From Macrostomum hystrix (taxonomy: Eukaryota; Animalia; Platyhelminthes), in the NCBI GenBank assembly GCA_950097015.1, contig CATNEN010000038.1:11656001-11720000 (forward strand): DNA of 64,000 nt, written 5' to 3'. This document shows positions 42,535-54,669 of this stretch, in pieces. Within the stretch, counting starts at the first letter, position 1. Each line of letters begins with the position of its first letter. Below the pieces are notes generated by a model. The model worked only from the letters and a program-made list of their open reading frames with translations. It searched no databases and was not told the DNA's origin. Position numbers and translations under genes: made by a program.

Positions 42535-43065
42535 TCCTGCTGCAGACCCTCAGTCTCACGCAAACGTCTCCATGGAAACAGGAAAGATCACCAACGCCGA
42601 CAAGTTCCCAGAAACATTGAGCCCAAATTTGAACTGTCTTTTGCACACTCGAGTCCCCGTGAGGCACAGACAGCAGCCTCAATAACAGCCTGAGTATACG
42701 TCCCATGAGAGTTCTCACCTGACTCTGAGATTCCCGAAGCAACTCATCATTTGATTCACTTCTGAGCTGCATCGGTATCGACGCACTCGAATCACCTGTC
42801 TGAGGCAGTCAAGGATGATTAATCAGAATCGGCACGCAGCCTCATGGAAGAGGAGTACTGATGAGCTCAAGCCAAACCTATTGTAAAAATTCCACTCTTG
42901 TCAAGTCTTCTGACTCGCGAAGTGAAGCCACTTCAAAACTGATTTGATTCGATTGAAATTTGAATTTTCAACAAAAACGCGTGGCCTCTCCTGATTGGCT
43001 GAAGCGGGAGCAGCCAATGGCAGCTGAGCGCAGTCCGCAGAAAAGGAGCCGCAGCTCTCAGTCCA
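42535..43065 (+). promoter_or_regulatory. Module P1 upstream of gene copy 2 (X-box 42566-42579, ATTGG...CCAAT pair at about 42994-43018)
   Basis: Lies directly upstream of ATG 43128 and is homologous to 33195-33615. Confidence 0.6.
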
Positions 43066-43127
43066 AGCTGCTCAAGCCAGTCAGGAGCAGCTCAGTGACG
43101 GAATTCGCAGCTCAAGTCTCTCACGGC

Positions 43128-45749
43128 ATGCCGCTCAGGTTGAGCTCTCTGGTGGCGATTCTTCTGGTGGCGAGCGCGGCAGGTGAGAAGCCGAGGGCTG
43201 AGCAGTGGCCACATTCAGTTGGGGCGCACGTACGGAGAAGAGGCTCGGGGCTTGTCGTGCAGTTCACGCCCATGAGGGCCGACCCCAAGGTGCAGACAGT
43301 GTGCAGTCGTGTGATGTGAGCCTGCGGGCGTGTCCGCGTGAATGCTTTTGGTCGGCAGGGGCTCACTGTCGCAAGAGGTGCCGAGTTCGATTCGCACAGC
43401 TGCCAGTGAGCTCTTCTAGCACTGTAGAACTATGAGCAGAGCAGAAGTTGCTCACCTACGCCTTCAGCAGGCAGAGCGAGGGCGGAGTGCTACTGGCACA
43501 CGATGCTGAAGTCGGACAGTCCGGTGGAGCTCGCGGAGGCGGACGGAGCCTCCCAGATTGTGGCCAGAACTGTAGGCGGCCTGACGGACTGCCAGCTGAT
43601 GTGCGGAATGTACCGCTGCGACCTGGCCTCATTCAGGCCGATGGACCGGCTGTGCCGCCTGCTGCGAGTGTTTCCCGCGGACTCCGCGCCCGGAGCTTCT
43701 GGCGGCTCGGCGGTCGGCAGCTTCAGCTCGGAGGACGGCGAGCTGGTGTGGCTGTTGGAGAACTTTCAGCAGCGGCTGCAGGACAGGCGGGACGCTCTCA
43801 GTCCGGTGCCAGCACTGAACGACAGCCTGCAAAGTGAGTGTCACTGCAATGTCCCCTGCAATGTCCATTGCGCACTGAATGGTCTCAGATATGCGGAAAT
43901 GTCCTTGAAACCATTGCAGACAGCAGCACTGCTCAGTGGCAGAACAGCAGCAACGGCCTGAGCAGGTTCTATGGACTGGTTTGGCTGAACTCCAGCTTGC
44001 CGTGCTTCGAAGTGACGCTCGAGATTGACGCCGACTCGCTGGCCTTCTGCGCTGCCAGGTGCGCCGAAACGCATTGCGCATTGCTGATCTTCAGCAGCAA
44101 CAGAACTGAGCATTGCCAGCTGGTGCACTTCTTCGAGTTCGATGCCCAGTCAGCCCACTGCCTGAGGGAGCCCGTCAGCCTGGGAGGCAACGCTGGCGAT
44201 GAGCTGTGGCTCACTGAGACCTTCTTCGATCAGACCGCGAGCTTCCCGCGAAGAAGTCCGATTCGAGCTGCCAACGGCACCTTCCTGAGTGAGTCGGTGT
44301 GAGCAGACCAGCTCAGCCTGTGAATGACGAGTGTCTCTGAGACATTCCTGAGTTGATTGCGTTCATTCCTGACTGCTGACTTTGCAGAGAACGGCAATGG
44401 TTCCTTCGGGTCCGTGCAGCTGGCCGATGTGTCGCAGACCGGCTGCTACCGCATCGAGGCCTTCGGAGCCAGCGGTGGCTCATTTGAGTCTTCTGGTGTC
44501 TTAATGAAAGGCGGCAGAGGAGCGGCCATCTCAGGCTTCTTCAACCTCAGCGAAGGCACCGTGCTGTCCATTGTCGTCGGTCAGTGCGGATTTGATAGTT
44601 ACCTAGTGCCCTGTTTCGGTCGTAGCGGAGGTGGCGGCTCATTCGTGTACATCGACGACCGCGGCGAGCTGTTGCTGGCTGCAGGCGGAGGCGGAGGCGC
44701 TTCGACCGAATTCGACGGTAAGAGACGCTCAGCTGAGCAGTGATTGCTGATTGGCTGTGAGAGACCCTCAGCTGAGCAGTGTTTGCTGATTGGCTGTGAG
44801 AGACGCTCAGCTGAGCAGTGTTTGCTGATTGGCTTTGAGAGACGCTCAGCTGAGCAGTGTTTGCTGATTGGCTGTGAGAGACGCTCAGCTGAGCAGTGTT
44901 TGCTGATTGGCTTTGAGAGACGCTCAGCTGAGCAGTGTTTGCTGATTGGCTGTGAGAGACGCTCGGCTGAGCAGTGTTTGCTGATTGGCTGTGAGAGACG
45001 CTCGGCTGAGCAGTGTTTGCTGATTGGCTTTGAGAGACGCTCAGCTGAGCAGTGTTTGCTGATTGGCTGTGAGAGACGCTCAGCTGAGCAGTGTTTGCTG
45101 ATTGGCTGTGAGAGACGCTCAGCTGAGCAGTGTTTGCTGATTGGCTTTGAGAGACGCTCAGCTGAGCAGTGTTTGCTGATTGGCTTTGAGAGACGCTCAG
45201 CTGAGCAGTGTTTGCTGATTGGCTGTGAGCGGATGCGGCTCAGTGTGAGCTTTGCCATTCTCTGCAGGCATTGACGGTCAGGACGGAGTGAACGGAACCG
45301 ACTCCACTGGCCTGAACTTCCTGGCGATTGGCTTCGGAGGAGCGAACGGACAGCCGGGCATGGACATGTCCACTGTGCCGTGTGCGAGTGAAAACCCGGA
45401 GTCTTGCCTCCCAGGCGGTCCGGGAGCTGGCTGGATGTCCAACTGGAGCGCTGAGGGACTCCGCGGACGAGGCCGAGTCGACGGCTGGGTCGGCGGTGGC
45501 GTCGACTGCGGATCTGTTCGCATTTGCGGCGGCTTTGGCGGCGGTGGTACACAATATGGCGGAGGAGGCAGCGGAGGCGGCGGCGGCTTCAGCGGCGGAG
45601 GAGCTGGCTCGGAAGTCGGTCAGGCGGGAGGTGGCGGAGGCTCCTTCTGCTCCGGCAGCCGCTGCAACGCCACAGCCGGCGGTAACTCGGCCAGCCAGCA
45701 CGGTCGAGTCGTCGTGACGGCCGTCGGCATCGAGAACTGCCGGGGCTGA
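43128..45749 (+). CDS. Secreted 2xPAN + ALK/LTK-like glycine-rich domain protein, copy 2 (intact)
   Basis: Exons 43128-43182, 43468-43833, 43920-44288, 44388-44717, 45268-45749, all with phase-1 introns. Signal peptide MPLRLSSLVAILLVASAA. PAN1 DCQLMCGMYRC..CRL and PAN2 FCAARCAETHC..CQL. GGRGAAISGFFNL; no TM or kinase domain. Confidence 0.78.
44718..45229. repeat. 39-bp intronic minisatellite, about 13 copies, paralogous to 35513-36063
   Basis: Same unit, with a private GCTTTGAG variant. Confidence 0.95.
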
Positions 45750-45794
45750 CGGCACCAGCGACCTCTGGCACTACTGAAACTGCTCAGCACACTG

Positions 45795-45898
45795 AGAACT
45801 CAAGCACAGAACTCAAGCACAGAACTCAAGCACAGAACTCAAGCACAGAACTCAAGCACAGAACTCAAGCACAGAACTCAAGCACAGAACTCAAGCAC
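45795..45898. repeat. 13-bp repeat (AGAACTCAAGCAC)n; a shorter paralog lies at 36653-36705
   Basis: Direct observation. Confidence 0.9.
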
Positions 45899-46189
45899 TC
45901 GAAATTTAGAACTGCCTTTTTTATTCTAGACGTGGAAAATGTAACTATTTAACTGTAACTGGTTTCTTAATACAGCAAATGCTGTCTTTTTCTCTGTCGC
46001 AAGTTTGCCTGCAATGAACTCCTCACATCATAGAAGATAATATATTTACTGCCTCTTATTTACTGCCCATATTTTCATATTTACTGCCTGTCTGTTCAAG
46101 CGAGCCCAGAAAGTAAATTTGGTGTTTAGCATAACCTGATTGGCTGATGAATTACTAGTGTTTTATTGAATACCTGCAACGATTTCCAC

Positions 46190-47412
46190 ATGCTGAAATC
46201 GATGCAGGAGCTGATTCTAGAATCGGAGCAGGAGCTGATACTTGAATCAAAGCAGGAGCTGATTCTAGAATCGAAGCTTGAGCTGATTCTAGAATCGAAG
46301 CAGGAGCTGATACTGGAATCGAAGCTGGAGCTGATACTGGAATCGAAGCAGGAGCTGATACTTGAATCAAAGCAGGAGCTGATTCTAGAATCGAAGCTGG
46401 AGCTGATTCTAGAATCGGAGCAGGAGCTGATACTTGAATCAAAGCAGGAGCTGATTCTAGAATCGAAGCTGGAGCTGATTCTAGAATCGAAGCAGGAGCT
46501 GATACTGGAATCGAAGCTGGAGCTGATACTGGAATCGAAGCAGGAGCTGATACTTGAATCAAAGCAGGAGCTGATTCTAGAATCGAAGCTGGAGCTGATT
46601 CTAGAATCGAAGCAGGAGCTGATACTGGAATCGAAGCTGGAGCTGATACTGGAATCGAAGCAGGAGCTGGTACTGGAATCGAAGCAGGAGCTGATACTGG
46701 AATCGAAGCAGGAGCTGATACTGGAATCGAAGCAGGAGCTAGTTCTAGAATCGAAGCAGGAGCTGATACTGGAATCGAAGCAGGAGCTGATACTGGAATC
46801 GAAGCAGGACCTGGTTCTAGAATCGAAGCAGGAGCTGATACTGGAATCGAAGCAGGAGCTGATACTGGAATCGAAGCAGGAGCTGGTTCTAGAATCGAAG
46901 CAGGAGCTGATACTGGAATCGAAGCAGGAGCTGATACTACAATCAAAGCAGGAGCTGATACTGGAATCGAAGCTGGAGCTGATACTGGAATCGAAGCTGG
47001 AGCTGATACTGGAATCGAAGCAGGAGATGATACTGGAATCGAAGCTGGAGCTGATACTGGAATCGAAGCAGGAGCTGATGCTGAAATCGAAGCAGGAGCT
47101 GGTTCTAGAATCGAAGCAGGAGCTGATGCTAGAAGCTAAGCAGGAGCTGATACTGGAATCGAAGCAGGAGCTGATACTGGAATCGAAGCAGGAGCTTGTT
47201 CTAGAATCGAAGCAGGAGCCAATACGAGAATCGAAGCAGGAGCTGATACTTGAATCGAAGCAGGTGCTGATACTGGAATCGAAGCAGGAGCTGATACTGG
47301 AATCGAAGCAGGAGCTGATACTGGAATTGAAGCAGGAGCTGATAGTACAATCGAAGCAGGAGCTGATACTGGGATCAAAGCAGGAGCCGACACGAGAATC
47401 GAAGCAGGAGTT
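46190..47412. repeat. 24-bp minisatellite (GAAGCAGGAGCTGATACTGGAATC)n
   Basis: About 50 copies; source of the ILESKQEL ORF. Confidence 0.96.
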
Positions 47413-48041
47413 ATAGACAGTAAAGACAAAGCTGAAAACGATGACGAATGATAGACAGATATCTAGTTTTTTCAAAGAAGCGAACAGCGGTGAAAAAGCG
47501 ATTTCGCATAACTATGTGCCGTGTGACAAGAAAACAACCGAAATGAATATTGAAAGTTTAAAGAAAGCCAATGAAAAAAGGTTTTGTTCGCACGAAGCCA
47601 TTATATTTAAGCAACATCGCTTTTACCTAGAGAACATAAAACCAGTGACAAATTTGCAGACATTTCTACTGAAAGTAGAGTTGCGCGAGTTTTCTCGCAA
47701 TATTAGGAAAATTGTAAGTGAAAAAGTAGACATTGTTAAGAATAAAGCCAGCAAGTCAAGCACGCGAAGCAATTAAAAGGACGGCAGTTGGGGGTGAATT
47801 AAGACACAGGCGGGGCTGCGGGAATTAAATAATATTGAATGATGCAAATCACCGATTTGCTAGAAATCAGGCTTTCAATTTTGATTGGTTCAATCAGAAT
47901 TTCGAAGGCTAGTTGGTACCAAAAGTCGAGAGTCGCATCATTCTTGATCTTCGATGGAACGCAATGAAAAGCAGGATTAAAAACGAATTTAATTAAGAGA
48001 GAGTAGCCGCAGCTGCTGCTGTGCTCAAATGAGCACAGTTC

Positions 48042-51000
48042 TTATTTGAATGGCGGTCGCTGGCTGACACTGGAGCCGACACTGCTGGCTGTCGACGAGG
48101 TGGTGCTTTGCGGCCTGCGGCCTCCAAAGCTGCGGGTCGTGGTGGCAGCGCTGCTCCGTCCGGTGTCGAGGGCCTGGTCCAACGCGACGGCCAGCTTGTC
48201 GATGTCCAACTGGTCCGCGTCGCTGGCCTTGGTGCCGACAGTCGAGGATGCCGCTGAGCGCGCAGTCTGCGGCAGCTGGCCGGTGACGAGGCCATCTGGG
48301 AACAGTTTGACGGCCACCTTGAGTCCGCCGCTGAGCATGAAAAGGTTGTCATAGCCCCGCTGCACCAGGGTGGTGGCCACGCGAGGCGCGATTTTTTCAT
48401 CCTCGTCATAAACCAGTACAATGCGACCCGGCTTGTTGCGACAGGCCAGCATCTGGGGAATCTCGTAGTTCTGAGCCCGGCTGAGCATCGTGTGCGGGTA
48501 GCTCACCGCGCCAATAATGCGGCACCTGCGGCATGGCAAACACTTTTTTCTATACATATAGGCAGATATGGCTTTTGGAGCATCATATTCTGTTGTTCTA
48601 TCAATGTTCTCTGACCTTATATATTAGATAGGGATTAGAGAGTAAGAGAAGAAAGGATGGGAGGGTAGGGGATGAAGGAAGGGAGGGCAGCAGATGAAGG
48701 GAGAAAGGGCAGCAGATGAAGGGAGGGAGGACAGCAGATGAAGGGAGGGAGGACAGCAGATGAAGGGAGGGAGGGCAACATATGAAGGAAAGGAGGGCAG
48801 CAGATGAAGGAAGGGAGGGCAGCAGATGAAGGAAGGGAGGGCAGCAGATGAAGGAAAGGAGGGCAGCAGATGAAGGGAGAAAGGGCAGCAGATGAAGGGA
48901 GGGATGGCAGCAGATGAAGGGAGGGCAGCAGATGAAGGGAGGGAGGACAACAGATGAAGGGAGGGAGGGTAGGATTCCCTGAAAAGCAGCCCGAAGCTCC
49001 AAGGTGCAAGTCAGATCGTCACCTGTCGTAGTCCTCTCTGTCCCGCACATCCAGCAGTAGGTAGGGCGCCTCCTCCGGCCAGTCTGGCAGCGCCGACTGC
49101 TGCCGCTGTTTGGCATCAGCGGCCGCGCCTTCGTCTAGCTCGCCGACGCCGCTGATGACCGACTGCAGGGTGGAGCGAGCGGTGGAGACGGGTCGGCCGT
49201 AGTCAGACTCGGACACAGCCAGGGACTGGGCGGACTGCACCCGCCCCGGCTGCCGACCGTCCGTTTCCTCGTCGCCGCCGTGCAAAGTCCGCTCTGAGTC
49301 TGCTGGCAGCGAGTCGTCCTCATCGCCATCGGAGTAGTCGACGCCGGCGGCCTCCGCAACGCCGCGATTGATTTCGGCCACCTGCACCATCAGCTGGACA
49401 AAGGTGGCCGCCTTCATTCGCTTGAATATCTCGTCCTGCCGGTAGCGATAGTCTGTGGAACCGCGTGGCAGCGATCGGACAGCTAATAAGAGCCTCTCAT
49501 CCCTTCATCTCATACTCTCTCATCTATTCATCTCATACTCTCTCATCCCTTCATCTCATACTCTCTCATCCCCTCATCTCATACTTTCTCATCCCTTCAT
49601 CTCATACTCTTTCATCCCTTCATCTCATACTCTCTCATCCCCTCATCTCATACTCTTTCATCCCTTCATCTCATACTCTTTCATCCCTTCATCTCATACT
49701 CTTTCATCCCTTCATCTCATACTCTTTCATCCCTTCATCTCATACTCTTTCATCCCTTCATCTCATACTCTTTCATCCCTTCATCTCATACTCTTTCATC
49801 CCTTCATCTCATACTCTTTCATCCCTTCATCTCATACTCTTTCATCCCTTCATCTCATACTCTCTCATCCCTTCATCTCATACTCTTTCATCCCTTCATC
49901 GCATACTCTTTCATCCCTTCATCGCATACTCTTTCATCCCTTCATCTCATACTCTCTCATCCCCTCATCTCATACTCTCTCATCCCCTCATCTCATACTC
50001 TCTCATCCCCTCATCTCATACTCTCTCATCCTTTCATCTCATACTCTCTCACCCCCTCATCTCATACTCTCTCATCCCCTCATCTCATACTCTCTCATGC
50101 CCTTCATCTCATACTCTTTCATCCCTTCATCTCATACTCTCTCACCTCCTCATCTCATACTCTCTCATCCCCTTATCTAATACTCCCCATCCCGTCTATC
50201 AAGGTGTTACTAGTTTTCTGCTAAAGCGCGAATAACATTTAACTGCACTTCTGTTTCTTTAGCTTTTAATTTCTATCTGATGCAATGTCTTCAGTAACCA
50301 TATGAATATACGGCATCAGCAAAATAAACAAGAAGGCCAAAAACAACATACTTTCTCGAATTTCTTCAATCTTCTTCATGTACTTTGTGATGCTGGCTCC
50401 AGTATCAATGGTCGACTTAACATTTGCATACTTTGGATTCCGTGGTATGCGCTTTTGTAGAGGCTAATTGAAAAAAAAATGTTTTGGTATTAATTTTTTT
50501 CATCAACATTTTGTTGACTTTTTTCTAACAACAAATTTAGCAAAAAAATGAATCACCAAAATAAAAGTAATAAAAAGCTAGAATAAAGTACAATAAGTAT
50601 TATGGACAAGCAAAATAAAAATATCAAATTGCTTGTAATCAAAAGCAACTTAACATATTATTTTGTTAATCACTAAGTTTTGTAACATTCATGCCTTGGT
50701 CTTATTTTTGGCTGTTTCTTTTCAAGCTAATACAATTTGCCATTCATAGTTTAGATTGTTATAGTCGTGGCTGGCCTATTTATGTTTAGTTAGCTAGCAA
50801 AACATACTTTTTCTATTTTTCCATTCTACAAAAAAACTAAGTTGATATTGCAATTGCATCACATAAAAACCTTAAATAAAAAGCTATGTTGTGTACATAT
50901 AGAAATTGTACTATCTCAAAAGTGAGCTAGGCCGATAATGCCTTTCCATGGTTCATTTGGAGTAAGAATATAAGAGCATGAACATGATAAATATAAAATT

Positions 51001-51269
51001 ATTATCTGAAAAGTAGTCACACAGAAAGCGTCACTTTTGATTGAAACATAAAACCAGCATGCACGAGTTTGGCTTAGTCTGAAATATCTGTAAGTTTAGT
51101 TTAGTTTGTCGAAGTTGTTAACTTTTTTAATTACAGTTTTAGATCTAAACATTATTATTAGCATTCAACTATAAAAGTGAAAGGAGTAGTTAAATCTTCA
51201 ATGTTTTAACAATGAATTCCGAAATAAACTTACATCAATAGGCTTCGGTCTAGTTTTGTAGGCATGCAT
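48042..51269 (-). CDS. CEP41: Centrosomal protein 41 (rhodanese-like domain)
   Basis: Exons (minus) 51269-51234 (tentative), 50825-50808 (tentative microexon), 50463-50352, 49452-49023, 48525-48042. Motifs KRIPRNPKYANVKSTIDTG, NYRYRQDEIFKRMKAATFVQL, YLLLDVRD, YDEDE and GYDNLFMLSGGLKV. Confidence 0.88.
48655..48970. repeat. About 23-bp purine-rich repeat (GGAGGGCAGCAGATGAAGG...) in the CEP41 last intron
   Basis: Tandem repeat. Confidence 0.9.
49495..50175. repeat. 23-bp minisatellite (TCATCCCTTCATCTCATACTCTT)n in a CEP41 intron
   Basis: Tandem repeat. Confidence 0.95.
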
Positions 51270-52109
51270 TTTGAATCACGAAGCTTTTATAATCTACTCT
51301 AAGAAGTATAACTGTATAAATGCGTTAAACCTAAAGTTTAACCAATCCGTCTTAGTCCTTTATATACGCAAAATAATTGAATGTAGGGCAAAAGGTAATA
51401 ACGTTCTTAGACGTTGTAAATGTTTTACTAGCTGGACAGTTAAATCGCCGCAATTTTCTTGAGTTAATGGAATTTCAAAGACGATATGACATTAAAACAA
51501 AATATAAAACTAAAGATAATAAGTATTAGATGATACATAAGAAAACGAGCTTTGAATTTTTAATAACAGGTAATATTATCAAAATTATTCTGTTACGATT
51601 TTTATGACAATTTCTTCCCCGGCTCCCACTTGCATGGTATCTTCAAGAATAACTTCAATAATTATCTCCCACAATAGTGCTGTAAATTTAGGTTCTCTCT
51701 CTGTATCTATCTCTCTGCCGTTTGTATCGTTTAGGCGTAACCGGCAGCTCAGCACTATTAAAAAGCGATAAATACAAAAGAATATTTGAAACAGCAGAAA
51801 AGAAGGTTTTTTGTCACTAAAGAATTAAAAGGTCTTTACTTGGAACCCCCTGCTGAGCCAGCGCGGCAAACACTCGAGAGGGTCGGGGGCGCTCTGGCCC
51901 TGCCGCTCGCTGCTCTCCTATTATATATATATATTATTAAGCCATTCAATCTCGGCAGTCCATTAGTTTCTCTGCGATTAATTGTTGGTGGGAAACGATC
52001 GTAAAGTATTTTAACTTTCTCATTTCATGTCTCCCATATTAACCCTTCAACTCCTACATTCACGAACCTTCCATCTCCTGCCTTTCTATTGCTTTATCTC
52101 TTACCCTCC

Positions 52110-52960
52110 ATCCCTCGACTGTCGGCACCAAGGCCAGCGACGCAGACCAGTTGGACATCGACAAGCTGGCCGTCGCGTTGGACCAGGCCCTCGACACCGG
52201 ACGGAGCAGCGCTGCCACCACGACCCGCAGCTTTGGAGGCCGCAGGCCGCAAAGCACCACCTCGTCGACAGCCAGCAGTGTCGGCTCCAGTGTCAGCCAG
52301 CGACCGCCGTTCAAATAAGAACTGTGCTCATTTGAGCACAGCAGCAGCTGCGGCTACTCTCTCTTAATTAAATTCGTTTTTAATCCTGCTTTTCATTGCG
52401 TTCCATCGAAGATCAAGAATGATGCGACTCTCGACTTTTGGTACCAACTAGCCTTCGAAATTCTGATTGAACCAATCAAAATTGAAAGCCTGATTTTCTA
52501 GCAAATCGGTGATTTGCATCATTCAATTATTATTTAACTCTCGCAGACCCGCCTGTGTCTTAATTCACCCCCAACTGCCGTCCTTTTAATTGCTTCGCGT
52601 GCTTGACTTGCTGGCTTTATTCTTAACAATGTCTACTTTTTCAATTACAATTTTCCTTATATTTCGAGAAAACTTGCGCAACTCTACTTTCAGTAGAAAT
52701 GTCTGCAAATTTGTCACTGGTTTTATGTTCTCCAGGTAAAAGCGATGTTGCTTAAATATAATGGCTTCGTGCGAACAAAACATTTTTTCATTGGCTTTCT
52801 TTAAACTTTCAATATTCATTTCGGTTGTTTTCTTGTCACACGGCACATAGTTATACGAAATCGCTTTTTCACCACTATTCGCTTCTTTGAAAAAACTAGA
52901 TATCTGTCTATCATTTGTCATCGTTTTCAGCTTTGTCTTTACTGGCTATAACTCCTGCTT
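52110..52960 (+). pseudogene. Inverted duplicate of the CEP41 3' coding end, 3' UTR and downstream flank (mirror of about 47400-48250)
   Basis: Near-identical reverse complement; the ORF track mirrors 47441-47776 and 48046-48354. Confidence 0.93.
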
Positions 52961-53610
52961 CGATTCTCGTGTCGGCCCCAGCTTCGATTCCAGTATCAGC
53001 TCCTGCTTCGATTGTAGTATCAGCTCCTGCTTCGATTCCAGTATCAGCTCCTGCTTCGATTCCAGCATCAGCCCCAGCGTCGATTCCAGTATCAGCCCCA
53101 GCTTCGATTCCAGCATCAGCTCCTGCTTAGCTTCCAGCATCAGCTCCTGCTTAGCTTCTAGCATCAGCTCCTGCTTAGCTTCCAGCATCAGCTCCTGCTT
53201 AGCTTCCAGCATCAGCTCCTGCTTAGCTTCTAGCATCAGCTCCTGCTTAGCTTCTAGCATCAGCTCCTGCTTAGCTTCTAGCATCAGCTCCTGCTTAGCT
53301 TCTAGCATCAGCTCCTACTTAGCTTCTAGCATCAGCTCCTGCTTAGCTTCTAGCATCAGCTCCTGCTTAGCTTCTAGCATCAGCTCCTGCTTAGCTTCTA
53401 GCATCAGCTCCTGCTTAGCTTCTAGCATCAGCTCCTGCTTAGCTTCCAGCATCAGCTCCTGCTTAGCTTCTAGCATCAGCTCCTGCTTAGCTTCTAGCAT
53501 CAGCTACTGCTTAGCTTCCAGCATCAGCTCCTGCTTAGCTTCCAGCATCAGCTACTGCTTAGCTTCCAGCATCAGCTCCTGCTTAGCTTCTAGCATCAGC
53601 TCCAGCTTTA
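52950..53610. repeat. 24-bp minisatellite, inverted relative to 46190-47412, expanded in the TTAGCTTCTAGCATCAGCTCCTGC variant
   Basis: Direct observation. Confidence 0.95.
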
Positions 53611-54249
53611 ATTCTATGTTATTTATGATTCTTAAAAGCTGTACATTTTCTAATGCTGAGCTACAAGTCTAGAAAAGCATATGCGGTATAAATTTACATA
53701 CCGTGCAGAGTACACTAAACTGCATTAATAATATGTTGTTGGTAGGTAACATTAATGAATATATAAGATGTCAAGCAGTAATAAGGAATATTAATTGGCT
53801 ATTTATACATAAATTAGTTGTGTAACAAGAAAGCTAAAGAAGCAGCAAGTATGTCAACTATGCAAATAACTTAGGAACTGATCCACCACTACACAATAAT
53901 TTGCAGTCTAACAGAAACCTACTCATACAAGCAGGTTACCTATAGTTGGCCCCAGAAAACTGTGAATATTATGTATATTGTTTTCAGAAAAGGGATGACG
54001 AAACAATAAAAAGTCCCGAGACACATGCATCGGTAATGGTTGCTGAAAATATTGGTTATAAGCGCGAATTTCAAAAGACGTTACAATCATGGAGCAATTT
54101 TCTGGGCATTAAGTAGAAAAAACAGAGTAAAGTTCTAGCAAAATAATTACGCTAACAGACACTGCGAGTAGAAGTCTTTAGACAATGCAGAATAAAACAG
54201 GCGCAATATTCCTACTATTCTACTCTCGAGTAGCAATATGCGCTTTTTA

Positions 54250-54669
54250 CCCTGTAAAAAATTCGGCTGCTTCTTCGGCGGGTTTTTTGTGCAAAATAGG
54301 AGTGGAATCTACCAAAATCCCCCCTATCTCGCAAGAGTTAAAGAAACCACCCAGGAAGCAGCCGATTTAACCGTAAATTGTGCGGAAACCGCCGAAGAAT
54401 CACCCGAACCAGTGGCCCATGGGACAACCAGAGAAATATTAACGGGCGATTTCTCGGCGGTTTCTGAGCATGGAATCTTCCGAACTGGAGGATTCTTTGG
54501 GTGATTCCATTTCGCCACCAAGAAGCACTGAGAAAACGCCCAGTTGGGTAGATTCTAAGCATGGAATCATCCGATTGGTATGTTTCCAGCGTTCGGCTGT
54601 TTCTTTTTCTGGAAACACCGCAGATTCCAACTGGAATCACCCAAAGAAACATCCCTATTTTTTAGCGGG
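54250..54669. mobile_element. Putative non-autonomous DNA transposon (MITE, CMC/EnSpm-like ends)
   Basis: Imperfect TIRs CCCTGTAAAAAAT / ATTTTTTAGCGGG (11/13 match), flanked by TA on both sides. The interior is GC-richer than the flanks. Confidence 0.5.

Noticed and set aside
42850-42890. Hammerhead-like CTGATGAGCTCAAGCCAAAC
   Set aside because: The GAAA core is broken (CAAA), stems I and III are absent, and it is not conserved in paralogous modules.
46126-47475. Long ORFs on both strands (ILESKQEL, SSISSCFD repeats)
   Set aside because: By-product of a 24-bp array, open in several frames with no domain signal.
47441-47776. 111-aa ORF present twice (also 52586-52921)
   Set aside because: Duplication is explained by the recent inverted repeat. 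It is AT-rich and has no recognisable motif.
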